53,045 nt of DNA from Girardia tigrina (lineage: Eukaryota): positions 1 to 53,045 of the forward strand of contig MQRK01249798.1 of the NCBI GenBank assembly GCA_001938485.1, written 5' to 3'. The position numbers were made by a program, and so were the translations under genes. How positions within the stretch are numbered: the first letter of the stretch is position 1; every line of letters begins with the position of its first letter. This document shows positions 1 to 10,502 of this stretch, piece by piece. The notes beneath the pieces were generated by a model. The model saw only the letters and a list, made by a program, of their open reading frames with translations, did not search any database and was not told the origin of the DNA.

Positions 1-112
1 GTTCAAAACAAAAGCACCAAATAGTAGGTGTAAACCAATATTGGGCGCCTTTTCAATTTTTTTTCCACCTACTATTAAAATAGTAGGTGTCCTACTATTT
101 CATGTTATCCGT
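1..112. mobile_element. Terminal fragment of a pogo/Tc2-like DNA transposon
   Basis: Subterminal repeats AATAGTAGGTG x2 and CCTACTATT x2, ending TATCCGT-TA. The same terminus is seen at the pogo element end at 34155-34163. Confidence 0.5.
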
Positions 113-1759
113 TAGTATCATTACAACTCTCTCAGAGATCTTTCACCGTTTTGCATCGTTCTAATTGATTTTATTATTTCTATTTTTAATCATGATTATT
201 CGAACAATTTTTCCAAATATTTTTAAAATATTTAATTTCTAAAAATATAAATTAAAAATTGTTAGGTTCTTGATCAATAGAAGAAGTCATTAACGCAAAA
301 CTTTATTTCTACCAAACAATGATTTTTTAAACAAATTTTTTGAGGAACAATGTTTCATTTTTAGCTCAACCAAATATCCTATTTGAAATATAAATGTCGA
401 TATATAATTTTATTTAATTTAAATTTTATACTTTAAGTATAATAAATTATAGCTTTAATTTGTTTAAGGAAATTAAATCCCAATCCTTATTTTTTATTTA
501 AACATACTTTTGTAACTTCTATTATAAATACATTTTTTTAAAAATAAACTTCTTTAATCATTCAAACTATTAAAAAAATATTCATTTTTTACAGAAATTA
601 CATTATTTTAAAAATTAATTTTACATACAGCAAACTTCATTAATAGTTCATTTTATTAAAAAAAATCATTTTAATTAGTAAAACATTATTTTGACTTATC
701 TTAACTATAAATATGGTTTTCAATTTAAAAATTTCCAAAAATTTAAAATTCACTAAAAAAATCGGAATATTTTAAATTGTTTGAATGTGTGAATGTATGG
801 ATGATGAGTTAAATAATTTGAGTTAATTTGAGTGTGCTGATCTTAAAAATACCACACCAAACATTCTGAAGAACTCAGCATATGCTCTGATCTTGGTCGC
901 AACGATAACAACTACTAAAGTATTGTTCTAAAATACCAAATTCTATTTTACAAAACATGTAATAAATAAACCACAGAAATAAAATTTGTAGGATTTTTGT
1001 ATTGCTGTGAAATTGTTTTTCGTATTATTTTTTATCTTGCCATGGAAATCAGCTTATGTTTCAGCTCTGTAACTGTAAGTAATTGGGATTTACAAAGGGT
1101 AAGACAACGTCAAGCAGGAAGACAAGATCGCAAGTAGAGTAGACCGCAGATAAAAAGAAATCAATATTAATAATATTAATAAGAGATCAATGAAAAATTT
1201 AATTATTTTTTTTCTTTTAAAAATTCTAAAAAGTGAGACAGTAAACTAAGGATACTGGAGAAACTGAAAAACTAAACAGTTAATGTTTGCTCATTGAAAC
1301 AGGATTAATTAAATGTAATCAAAGTGAGACAAAGAAAAATTCAAAAATATGTATAAAAAATGTTGTAAAAATCGACAATATTTTGACATATTTACTGAAT
1401 TTAATTATATTTGCAGATATTAAATAATTTTAGGGCATTTATTATATAATTAAATTAAATATTATAATCAATTAATTTATTTTATTCCGAAATTTATTGC
1501 ATTTCTAAATAATATAATTATATATAATTCCGATAAATGGCAAGAGAGACTAAACATGATCATCTAGTATGCTGAGACTTTGTTCACCAAGGTGATTTAT
1601 AATTAGAAGTATAAAAACATCTTATTAATATTGCCCTAAGTCTAGATTCTACAAATTGTTAGAGTTTAGTATTATAAATGTTTGCTCTGTTAACAGTAAA
1701 TTAAAATGCCTGTTCAGAAAATATTAAAAACAACTTGGGGCACGGTAGAACACATGAAC

Positions 1760-2830
1760 AGATATTGAAGAATTTGAATAAGAAATATATTGGGATATCA
1801 AGATTTGACAAAGGCAATGGCTTGGTTGTCTGGAACCAAAACGATTATGTTGGTACAATCATGAAACCGCTAGCACGGATAAATTTCAGACTTTCTCTTG
1901 AGGTGTCACAACGTAGGAATACAACTTAATAATTAAATAAGTCAGAACCAGTTATTGAATAGATTAGTAAAATAGAATTTGATGAAAAAGCAACTTTAAG
2001 TTGTTTTGAAACGTAAATAACCTGCAATGTTATATGAATTACGTAATGCCCATAAAGAAGGTTATCCTCTACAACTAGTGTTATCAACTACTCACTACAG
2101 AGTTTTTAAAATTCTGGATAGATTGATAAAACTTTTAATCTTAAACGAATTAGAAATTAAGGAGAGCTTTGAATTCAAAGACTTTATTTTAGATGGGTCT
2201 GTTAGAAGTGAAAAGGACCCAATGGTATTAATTGATGAGAAACGTTTGTTCATAAATGTTCGAATTGATGAAATATTAGAATTAGCAATAATTTGTGGAT
2301 TGAGACGGATGATATGATATGTAAAGCACAAGATTGAAAATTGAAGGCAGTAACATTGTTGGATCTTTCTGTATTTGCTACAAAGGATGTATCATTTGTG
2401 TTCGACAATTAGTAGTAAAAGAAAATAGATTGAGTTACAATGGGGTCTCCATTAGCACAAATTCTGACCTTCATTTTTATGCAATCCAGAGATAAACAAA
2501 CGTAAATTGAAACTGAAAATAAACATTTGATTTATAAGAGATATGTGGATGATATTTGCTTGGTTTTTGAAGAAGAATCTCATATAGAACCATTTTTGAA
2601 ATTCATGAATGAAAGACAACGCGATATAAAGTTCCCAATTGAGACTAAGTCTAATAACAGACTCTTTTCTTGATCTTCTTGTTAGAAGGATGAATACTAA
2701 TTACGAGACAAAAATCTACAGATAGAGAATTGGCACAAGACTATTTACTATGCCAAATATCTTTGTGAAAAAAATACAAAAATAAGGCAGATACACAGAG
2801 TGTGGTCTTCATCTTCAATATAGAAACCAA
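1760..2830 (+). mobile_element. Degraded Penelope-like retroelement reverse transcriptase
   Basis: Fragments ISRFDKGNGLVV, LYELRNAHKEGYPL (cf. LYGLPKIHKxxxP), MVLIDEKRLFINV (cf. SFDVKSLFTNV), TMGSPLA, RYVDDI and IKFPIE. Many stops and frameshifts. Confidence 0.85.
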
Positions 2831-3069
2831 ATAATATTATGTACTCTGATACTATATTTGATAAATGGTTGAATGACACACTAGACGAAGAGTATGATGA
2901 AAGTAAAAAATAGAAGATCAAGAATGATTAATAAAATGACAATCTCAAACCATTTGTGAAAATGCTATATTCTGATGGTTTTTTTTAAATTTTACTTAAT
3001 TGCTTTAACAAAGACATATAATCTAAGTTTTACACAAAAATTTGATATCATGTTTATAAACTCAAATGG

Positions 3070-3220
3070 ACTGGGAAAGTGTCCTTTCTCTGTTTTGTAG
3101 AATCTTGTTTTACAAAGACTTTCTGACTGTCCTCGAAATGTCAATTTGTTCTCTTTTGTCTCTCCCGATTTTCCATTCGTCTTTCTGCTTTCTCTAAATT
3201 TTCTCTAACATTGATTGTAG
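3070..3220 (-). mobile_element. Gypsy integrase C-terminal remnant
   Basis: Minus strand reads VRENLEKAERRM...FEDSQKVFVK, resembling the post-catalytic integrase region. Confidence 0.4.
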
Positions 3221-3484
3221 AGGCACATAATTTAAATATAATTTAATTTAATATAATTTAATTTCTTCATTTTGGGACTATTTAAATTTTTTTTACAATT
3301 TTGATATACCAATTTATTAAATTCCAATCACACCGTTTTGCCAGAGTGACTGATTTATTTGTATGGTATATTGGTTTTTTTATTTTGTTGTAGTTATTTT
3401 TGTTAGCGTGTGTTATTATTTTTTTTATATCTCAATCAATCACAATCAGTCGCAACTCTCTATCGATTTAAAGGGAGATTCTCT

Positions 3485-3653
3485 TATTACTGAGTTGGCA
3501 GGAATCTCCAAACCTACATCCTTACGATGACCCAAAGAAATTTACATGGAGGTTTTTTTTATTCAAGAGATGAAGGAATTTACAATTTTCGTCATACCAA
3601 CCACATCCAAGTGTATTAAAGTGTCTAGATATTTTTCTTTCAGTGTCACTCAT
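3485..3653 (-). pseudogene. Tandem CCCH zinc-finger pseudogene fragment
   Basis: MSDTERKISRHFNTLGCGWYDENCKFLH, then across a local frameshift KPPCK-FFGSS*GCRFGDSCQLS. These are two degenerate C-x7/8-C-x5-C-x3-H fingers. Confidence 0.65.
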
Positions 3654-4089
3654 ATTATAAACAAGAAAAGGAGTCAAGTGAAATTCCATTTATTATTGCG
3701 CTCATAGCTAAATTACTAAAAATGAAAAGGGAAAGGTACAAAAAATATCTCGTGAACGGAAAATATGATGTTTATTAGTCAAATAATAAAATTGCCCAAT
3801 CTTATCTGGCGAAATATAAATTAATATAATGACTCTAAATTAAAAATTTAAATAAATCAATAAAAATACAAATTGAAAATTACTTGACTACGACGATTTC
3901 AAATTAATAGAATTTGGTTTGGTTTTCTAACAATTGGTTTCCTCACTCGAAGTCATCAACTAACCGAAAATTGCAGTACGGCTGAAAGTGACCTTATTTA
4001 TATTCGTTAATTTAAAACTTTGATAAGTTTTGTCTGTAGTTTTTTAATTTTGTTAACATCAAAGTTGATTGTTGGTTTCAATATATTTA

Positions 4090-4095
<6 letters not shown>

Positions 4096-4127
<32 letters not shown>
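4096..4127. repeat. (AT)n microsatellite
   Basis: Seen directly. Confidence 0.95.
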
Positions 4128-4131
<4 letters not shown>

Positions 4132-4289
4132 ATCACACAACTAAATTAATCAGAGGTAGTTTCCTTTGATTAGTTTAATTATTTAGATTTTGGGTTATAT
4201 TTTAATAGTAGGCACTGTCACCCTTACATTGATCTTGATCACGTTTCTTTCTTCAGTGTTAGCTATTCCTACTGCCGCATGTAAGTTTT

Positions 4290-4753
4290 TTTTCTACCAA
4301 ACACAACTTCGAAGGTCGAATATCCGGTCGTACTCTGAACTGTAGTATTTAGACGGAACTTTATCTTTGGAACAATTTACCACCATGATCGTTTGTCTGT
4401 GTCTCCTTTGCTTGTTACTATTATGTTTCTCACTGTTCGAATAGCTCTTTCTGCTAGCCCGTTTGACTGATGTTGAAACGTGCTCTTAAATCTTTGTTCG
4501 ATTCCGTATCTCTTGAAAAAATCTTTAAATTTGCTAGTGTTTGCTAGTATTTTTTTGGCTTCCAATATCTATCTTCCAATAATATATATCGATTTTTATC
4601 AACTTGAACTATGGTGTCTTCGTCCTGAGCTCTAATCTCTGTCAAAGAGATGAATTTTGAAAACTGGTCCACTATGACCAATAAAGATGGATATATGTTA
4701 TTCTTGTCACCCAAATATGTGATGTTCATCACGACTTGCTCTAAAACTCGCAA
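4290..4753 (-). mobile_element. Gypsy integrase core (rve) remnant
   Basis: LLVIVDQFSKFI, HQSNGLAERAIRTV and LNTTVQSTTGYSTFEVVFGR; frameshifted. Confidence 0.85.
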
Positions 4754-6419
4754 CTACGTATATTAAATATTTGTGATCTCTTTAGAATACTTAAAAAAAT
4801 TAATAAATGATCATAACTTCAACAAAATGGCATCAAAACTATCATCGAGTAAAATCCACGATCATATGAAAACGTCGTGACCAAACATTATATAAAAGTC
4901 AAGAACGTATCGACACTTTTACAACACACAGCATTCCATTATCGCTACCTGTCACCAATTTAGAAACAAAAATTGGAACCACTCCCACCAGATATCCGCC
5001 AAACAGTTTGTAAGTAGCGTTTATACCACTTTTATTATTATCTGTATAAATTCTTGAACAGCTTTTTTTTCTTCTTGTGTTCAATATTATTATTCTGCTG
5101 TCCGGTGACTGATTTATTATCTTCATTATATTTACTAGGTTTAAGTTTTAATTATATTCCCTTTTATTTTTATGTATATTATATTATGTTTTATATATTG
5201 TATTTTATATTTCATTTAATTAGTCAGTGAATAGTGGAGTGGTGTTGGACAGAGAAGGGTGTTGAGATCAGGAGGGGGCTGTTCGGGGGTTTGTATTATT
5301 TATATTATTTATTTAATTTATTATGATTATTATATATAATAATTTATTATTTATATTATCTATTTAATTTAGTATGATTATAATATATTTTACTTGACTA
5401 CATTATGTAGTCAGGTTAAAAATTAAAATTTAAAAGTTAACAAATCAATTTATTATTGATTTGTTTAATAAAAATTTAAAATACTAATTACTGGTATTGT
5501 GAATTATTCCTTGTCTTATATTTTGAAATTTTCTCATACACATTGTTCTATCCGAATCAAAGGAATCCAATTATTCTCTAATCAAATCCAGACAATTCTA
5601 TTTTATCGAAATAAATTTTTACCCACAAAGACATTAATTTTTTGAAGCATTTTTACTCCGTCAAGAAGGATCCAATTTTCCTAATAAATCATCTCCGATC
5701 TTCAACAACATATTCTATACTATCGCATAAAATAATCCGATTTCGTTGTCATTATCGCAACAAGAGACATTATTCCAAGTAACTTTTTATTATTATTCTC
5801 TACTACCAGCTCCCTTTCTTTTTATTGTGATTAGTTCTTTTTTGTTTTTTTTTCTTGTCATATCATTAATTTTAAATTATATATATTGCAAATATTATTG
5901 TTTGTTTAATATTATAGAAGTAAAAATAACCTCAAGTTCCTAGGATTGAACTTTAGGTAATTTTTTCATTATCAAATTCCAAAGTCATAATTTAAGACCA
6001 CAAAATTTATTAATATCATTAATTCTCATATTTAAACAAATTTCGCCCAAAATTAAACCATTTAATTGTTTCGATTAAATTTTGAAATTTTACGAAATTT
6101 AAACCGTAAAATAATTTTACATTTTTGCGAAACTTTATCATAAAAACTAATTAATTTAAATTTATAATAAACCCTTTTATTAAAAAAATTATTTCTAAAA
6201 ATATTAATCTGTTAATTATTTATTTTAAAATTTATTTAAACTTATTCCATTACTTTTATTAAAATATATCAATTGTTATTACTGTAAGCATATTTTAAAT
6301 AAGTATTTATTTTATCATATTTTTACTCTACATTTTAGTTTTTTAATTTATTTCTTTTAAATTTTCAAATTAAAAAAATAATAAACTATTTTAGCGAAAC
6401 TTAAATTTAAACTAACCTC

Positions 6420-6500
6420 TCATACAGTTGAACAGGAATTCCTTGCACTTGAAAAATAGAGAGTCATACATCGTTCATCCTCACCCTGGGACACCCCGTT
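6420..6500 (+). mobile_element. Short Gypsy RT N-terminal fragment
   Basis: VEQEFLALEK*RVIHRSSSPWDTP (cf. IIRxSxSPWxxP). Confidence 0.55.
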
Positions 6501-6861
6501 AAACGTCGTAAAAAGTTGTTAGGTTTTACAATTTTAATAAAAGGTTTAACGTATCTAAATTTATATCGCAATACCGAGATTTTCAGAAAATAAGCGGATA
6601 TGGTCTGTTTTTTGCTTCCATATGAATTGCTGAGAAAATAATTGGTCAATTTTGAGATAAATTCGCAGTTTCCAAAAAAAGCACATGCGCCTATTTTTTG
6701 GATAAAGTGGAACACCTAAAGCCATAAAAACTAAATACATACGCATGTACTTATTTACGAAAATCCTGGTATATTTATTTAACAGTTTGTGCATAGAAAT
6801 TAATGGCCTCGGAAATTTCTTTAAAAAACAGAAATTTATATTGGAATAAAATTTTGAAATT

Positions 6862-7014
6862 ATGTCTAGCAGACATTGTCTACTCTTAATCTTGAGTTCG
6901 ATTCCAATATGAGTTCGTCAAAATGTCCAAACAACCCGTACAATGTACCGATCATTGGACAATTAAAAATAGAAAGTATGAGAGACCCTAAAGTAGACAT
7001 CGTCTAGTAGACAT
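6862..7014. repeat. Imperfect 23-bp inverted repeat pair (MITE-like remnant)
   Basis: ATGTCTAGCAGACATTGTCTACT vs reverse complement ATGTCTACTAGACGATGTCTACT (19/23). No TSD identified. Confidence 0.4.
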
Positions 7015-7199
7015 GTCTGCAATTAAAAAGATCCTTTTTCAGAAATTAAATTAAGGTTTGATTTAAAATAATAAAAAAGCGATTATTTTTACTAAATGCA
7101 TTTGTTGAGCTCGGACTCAGATCTTATAGAAATATCTATTTATTTTTATGAAAATTTATGAAAAAAGTCCAGCAAAAGGTATTTGATATTTATCGGTTT

Positions 7200-7213
7200 T
7201 ATAACCAATTATA
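7200..7213 (+). promoter_or_regulatory. Candidate GPCR promoter element TATAACCAATTATA
   Basis: The identical 14-mer starts 82 bp upstream of this GPCR ATG and 86 bp upstream of the paralog ATG. Confidence 0.6.
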
Positions 7214-7281
7214 ATTGAGCTCATCTTCTCATTGTTATTGTTGATGCAATTCAATTTTATTGTATTTTTCGTCAATTTTCC

Positions 7282-8235
7282 ATGTGTAAAATCCATTTTC
7301 CATCGGAATTCAAGATAAAACTGAACATTCTCTACACTGTTCTAGCTGTCCTGTCTTTGGTCTACAATGCGTCGTGTCTCATTGTTATCTTTGCTAACAA
7401 CATCCACCTCCATTCAAAACTAGCAACTCATATTATACGAAACCAATTTATATTCGATTTCTTCGTTCTTTTGCTTTTAGTTATTATGATCAATGAAGAA
7501 TGTGTCGATTTTAATATTTTAATCTTAGATAAAATCATTTGCTACTTGTGGCGAACTCAGTTTCCATACTGGGCAATGGTCTGTATGTCCATCGTTAATC
7601 TTGTTGATAATTGTATTGACCGGGTTATCGCCGTCCGGTGGGCGACATCCTATAAGGCAACCATGAACATAAGATTTAAATTATATTATATATTTTTATT
7701 TTTGCTTCCACTAGTGGCCTCATTTCCTATGATATTTTTTCAAAGATATGGTAATAATGATTGTGTAAATCGAAGGATAAACGGCACCAATGAGTACATT
7801 ATGTTTCGTAAATACTATACTTTTTTTTGGTTCATTGCTACATTTATCATTCCGGTAATTATTTCTTTGATAACCTTTACTATAATGCACGAAGTAATGC
7901 ACCGGACAGCCAGCCATGGTGGCGGCACCATGATGAGGAAATCTGAAATTCGTTATTCTGCTGTTACTTTCTTATCAATAGTTATATTTATATTTTCATA
8001 TGGTTTACAAAGTTTGTTCTTTATGATGAAAATATTTGATGGTTTTAAATTTGAAGATGGAAATCAAGTAGAAGAATTACTTATTGTTTTAGGGTCCATC
8101 TCGAGTATGTTAAATCCTTTGATTTTTAATTTTCTCTTAAAATATTTACGAAAAAAATGGATGATCTTTTGGGGCAGCTGCTTTCAAAAACAATGGCGGA
8201 ACGTCGTCAAACCAATTATCAGCACAAATGCATAA
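7282..8235 (+). CDS. Intronless rhodopsin-like 7TM GPCR (flatworm orphan/PROF1-like), 317 aa
   Basis: Seven hydrophobic segments, TM2 NQFIFD, TM3 C...CIDRV (DRY variant), ECL2 Cys, TM5 FIIP and TM7 NPLIF. Confidence 0.9.
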   Translation: MCKIHFPSEFKIKLNILYTVLAVLSLVYNASCLIVIFANNIHLHSKLATHIIRNQFIFDFFVLLLLVIMINEECVDFNILILDKIICYLWRTQFPYWAMVCMSIVNLVDNCIDRVIAVRWATSYKATMNIRFKLYYIFLFLLPLVASFPMIFFQRYGNNDCVNRRINGTNEYIMFRKYYTFFWFIATFIIPVIISLITFTIMHEVMHRTASHGGGTMMRKSEIRYSAVTFLSIVIFIFSYGLQSLFFMMKIFDGFKFEDGNQVEELLIVLGSISSMLNPLIFNFLLKYLRKKWMIFWGSCFQKQWRNVVKPIISTNA

Positions 8236-8471
8236 GATACAGGACTTTTAAATGAGTTTCAAGATTACTTAATTTCTGTATTAATATAAAAAATAAAGTA
8301 TATGTTTACAATTGTTTTACTTGATGTATTAATCAATCCTATTAAATTTACGTTCACAAGACTCAATAAAATATACATGTAAATATGACAAAATATCATA
8401 GTGAAACTCTTTGAATTATGTCAAACGTTATTTTCAATTATAATTAATAGCTATTTTGAAAATATCAGAAC

Positions 8472-8638
8472 TGTGAAGAACCGAAAGTGTCTTCACTTTT
8501 TAAAATAAAAATCCAAGAATAATACTCCAAAATTTATTTCGAACGCTTAACAATTTAACATTTTTATTTCGTCAATTTATTAATCAATTTAATTATATTA
8601 TAGGAATTAAATCCTATATCCAAGAGTAGGTCACTACA
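8472..8638 (-). repeat. 3' LTR of the boule-carrying element
   Basis: Direct repeat of 10336-10502, preceded on the minus strand by a PPT. Confidence 0.95.
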
Positions 8639-8652
8639 CAAGCCCCCTTTTG
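8639..8652 (-). other. Polypurine tract
   Basis: Minus strand AAAAGGGGG-CTTG immediately before the TGTAGT start of the 3' LTR. Confidence 0.8.
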
Positions 8653-8673
8653 TAAGTGGAGCGTTACGTTGTT

Positions 8674-10149
8674 TCAAACACTTTGAAAATTATGTTCGAA
8701 TCTTGATTTGATTTTGTTACGGAATTCGTTATTTAAATGTGTAAAATCAATTTCTTCAAATGATTTTTTTGCATAAAATCTGATTCGTTTCTGGTTTACA
8801 ATTGTTTCGATGCCATTTATGATCAAAAGGAAAGAGTTTTTTTGATTTTTCACAATTTTGTATGGTCCGTCGAATCCACCAAATAGGTTATCTCTGACTA
8901 AAGCTCCAAAGTCAGAGAAAGTATTTGTAAATGTTTCATTGATTTCCTCAGTTAACAATTTGTTGATATTCTTAATTTGACCTACGGAGGTGATGTTGTT
9001 AACTTGATTTTGTTTTTTTATAAATGGATGATATTCTTTTTGATAATCGTGTTTTATGCAACTGCTGATGTCTGTGGTGAAAGCCGTCTCTTGATTTGAA
9101 ATATGAAGATTTGTTTGACTAAGAACATGATTTTCTTTAATTTCCTCGTGTTGCGTGTAATTGTCCTTGTGGGTTCTGGATGATAAGTTTTCAGTCGAAG
9201 TGGTCTGTACTGTCTTGTTCTGAAATGTTTTGTTAAAATTTTTAACGTCATTTTGAGGAATATGTAGAATTTCGTGTCCTGGAGTCATTGGACTCAACAA
9301 ATGTGTTGTGGTAGGTGTTACATTAGGAGGAGAAAGATTCTGGGATTTTGTAGTAGCCACCCCCTTTAATGTTTGAACAGTCGTATTAGAACTATTATTA
9401 CTAGAAGATTGTAAAGGAGATTGAGGAGCTGCTGTTAATCCAGCTAATGTAACACATGGTGTTGCAGTGGTCGAATCAGTAGACTTCGGTCTAGTTTGTA
9501 GAGATGCCACTTGTTGTGCATAATTAGGGTTAGGAATTACGGTGGCAGGAATTTGATGAACGTACTGGGGTTGCGGTAAATACATCGTTGTGGTCGATTG
9601 AGGTAACATCATAGTTGCATATTGTGGAGACAACACTGTTAAAGCAGAATAATGTTGCACAGGAACCTGACATAAAGTTGATCCATTTTGCAAAGCATAT
9701 GGAACTGGTCTATTATATGAAATTGTTCCAGAAATTTCTTGTCGAGGATATAAATGTTTCTTTCTTACAGCTTGTTTAATGTTTAATTTTCTCTCTTTAA
9801 AGATCAATGTTTCAGATTCATTCTTGGTGAGTTTTTCAGCCATTTCTTCATTTTCAAAAGTCACAAATCCATAGCTTCTTTTCGATAATCCCGTACAATC
9901 ATTTATTATATTTGCGTATTTAATTGGACCATAATTCGAAAAGAAAATTTTTAATTCGTCCTCAGTTGTATTTGATGTGAGTCCACCCACAAAAATTCTG
10001 TTTGGTTTAAGTGTACCAATTTTCGGTATTGATACGTGAGAAAAAGAATTGAGCTGATTTATTTGATTGATCTTGTTATGCTTGACTTTATTTATAGTTT
10101 TAGAAATTCCCAATGCCAATAAAGAGTATTCAACATTTTTTTTGTACAT
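8674..10149 (-). CDS. boule: Chimeric Boule/DAZ-family RRM protein with Gypsy integrase C-terminal tail, 491 aa, intronless
   Basis: PKIGTLKPNRIFVGG...YGFVTFE...KLNIKQAVRK matches the Boule RRM signature (PRYGTVIPNRIFVGG...GYGFVTF...KLNIGPAIRK). Post-RRM PYALQNG resembles PYTYHNG. A P/Q/T/Y-rich region follows, then a C-terminal LVRD...FDGPYKIV...VNQKRIRFY integrase GPY motif. Confidence 0.88.
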   Translation of the reverse strand: MYKKNVEYSLLALGISKTINKVKHNKINQINQLNSFSHVSIPKIGTLKPNRIFVGGLTSNTTEDELKIFFSNYGPIKYANIINDCTGLSKRSYGFVTFENEEMAEKLTKNESETLIFKERKLNIKQAVRKKHLYPRQEISGTISYNRPVPYALQNGSTLCQVPVQHYSALTVLSPQYATMMLPQSTTTMYLPQPQYVHQIPATVIPNPNYAQQVASLQTRPKSTDSTTATPCVTLAGLTAAPQSPLQSSSNNSSNTTVQTLKGVATTKSQNLSPPNVTPTTTHLLSPMTPGHEILHIPQNDVKNFNKTFQNKTVQTTSTENLSSRTHKDNYTQHEEIKENHVLSQTNLHISNQETAFTTDISSCIKHDYQKEYHPFIKKQNQVNNITSVGQIKNINKLLTEEINETFTNTFSDFGALVRDNLFGGFDGPYKIVKNQKNSFLLIINGIETIVNQKRIRFYAKKSFEEIDFTHLNNEFRNKIKSRFEHNFQSV

Positions 10150-10321
10150 CGAAAAGCAGTCTTTCCATAGCGTTTAGTAGAAAATTGTATTTTACGTTTA
10201 ACTGCGACAAATTATCTGTTGATCTTGATATGTGGATAATAATTCCTGGATTAACTGATTGAAATTTCTTTTTGAAGAACTTTCCTTTTTTAATGGAGGC
10301 ATCTTCTTCTTTCTTTTTTTT

Positions 10322-10333
10322 CTTCTGACATCA
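10322..10333 (-). other. Primer binding site (tRNA-Leu-like)
   Basis: TGATGTCAGAAG starts 2 nt after the 5' LTR; 11/12 match to the Leu-type PBS TGGTGTCAGAAG. Confidence 0.75.
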
Positions 10334-10335
10334 AT

Positions 10336-10502
10336 TGTGAAGAACCGAAAGTGTCTTCACTTTTTAAAATAAAAATCCAAGAATAATACTCCAAAATTTA
10401 TTTCGAACGCCTAACAATTTAACATTTTTATTTTGTCAATTTATTAATCAATTTAATTATATTATAGGAATTAAATCCTATATCCAAGAGTAGGTCACTA
10501 CA
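10336..10502 (-). repeat. 5' LTR of the boule-carrying element
   Basis: Direct repeat of 8472-8638, followed on the minus strand by the PBS. Confidence 0.95.

Larger units (their letters stand above)
8472..10502 (-). mobile_element. Complete non-autonomous LTR retroelement (2031 bp) carrying a boule-like ORF
   Basis: 167-bp direct repeats 8472-8638 and 10336-10502 (TG...CA, 2 mismatches). TSD AGAAC at 8467-8471 and 10503-10507. PBS and PPT present; no RT or RNase H. Confidence 0.95.

Noticed and set aside
5270-5400. PPT-like AGGAGGGGGC followed by TGTT as a 3' LTR start
   Set aside because: No matching LTR or defined CA end, and it is opposite in orientation to the nearby integrase.
8351-8368. 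CGTTCACAAGACTCAATAA shared with 44275-44293 as an LTR end or GPCR 3' element
   Set aside because: No PBS or PPT context and it is absent downstream of the second GPCR; probably a fragment of a dispersed repeat.
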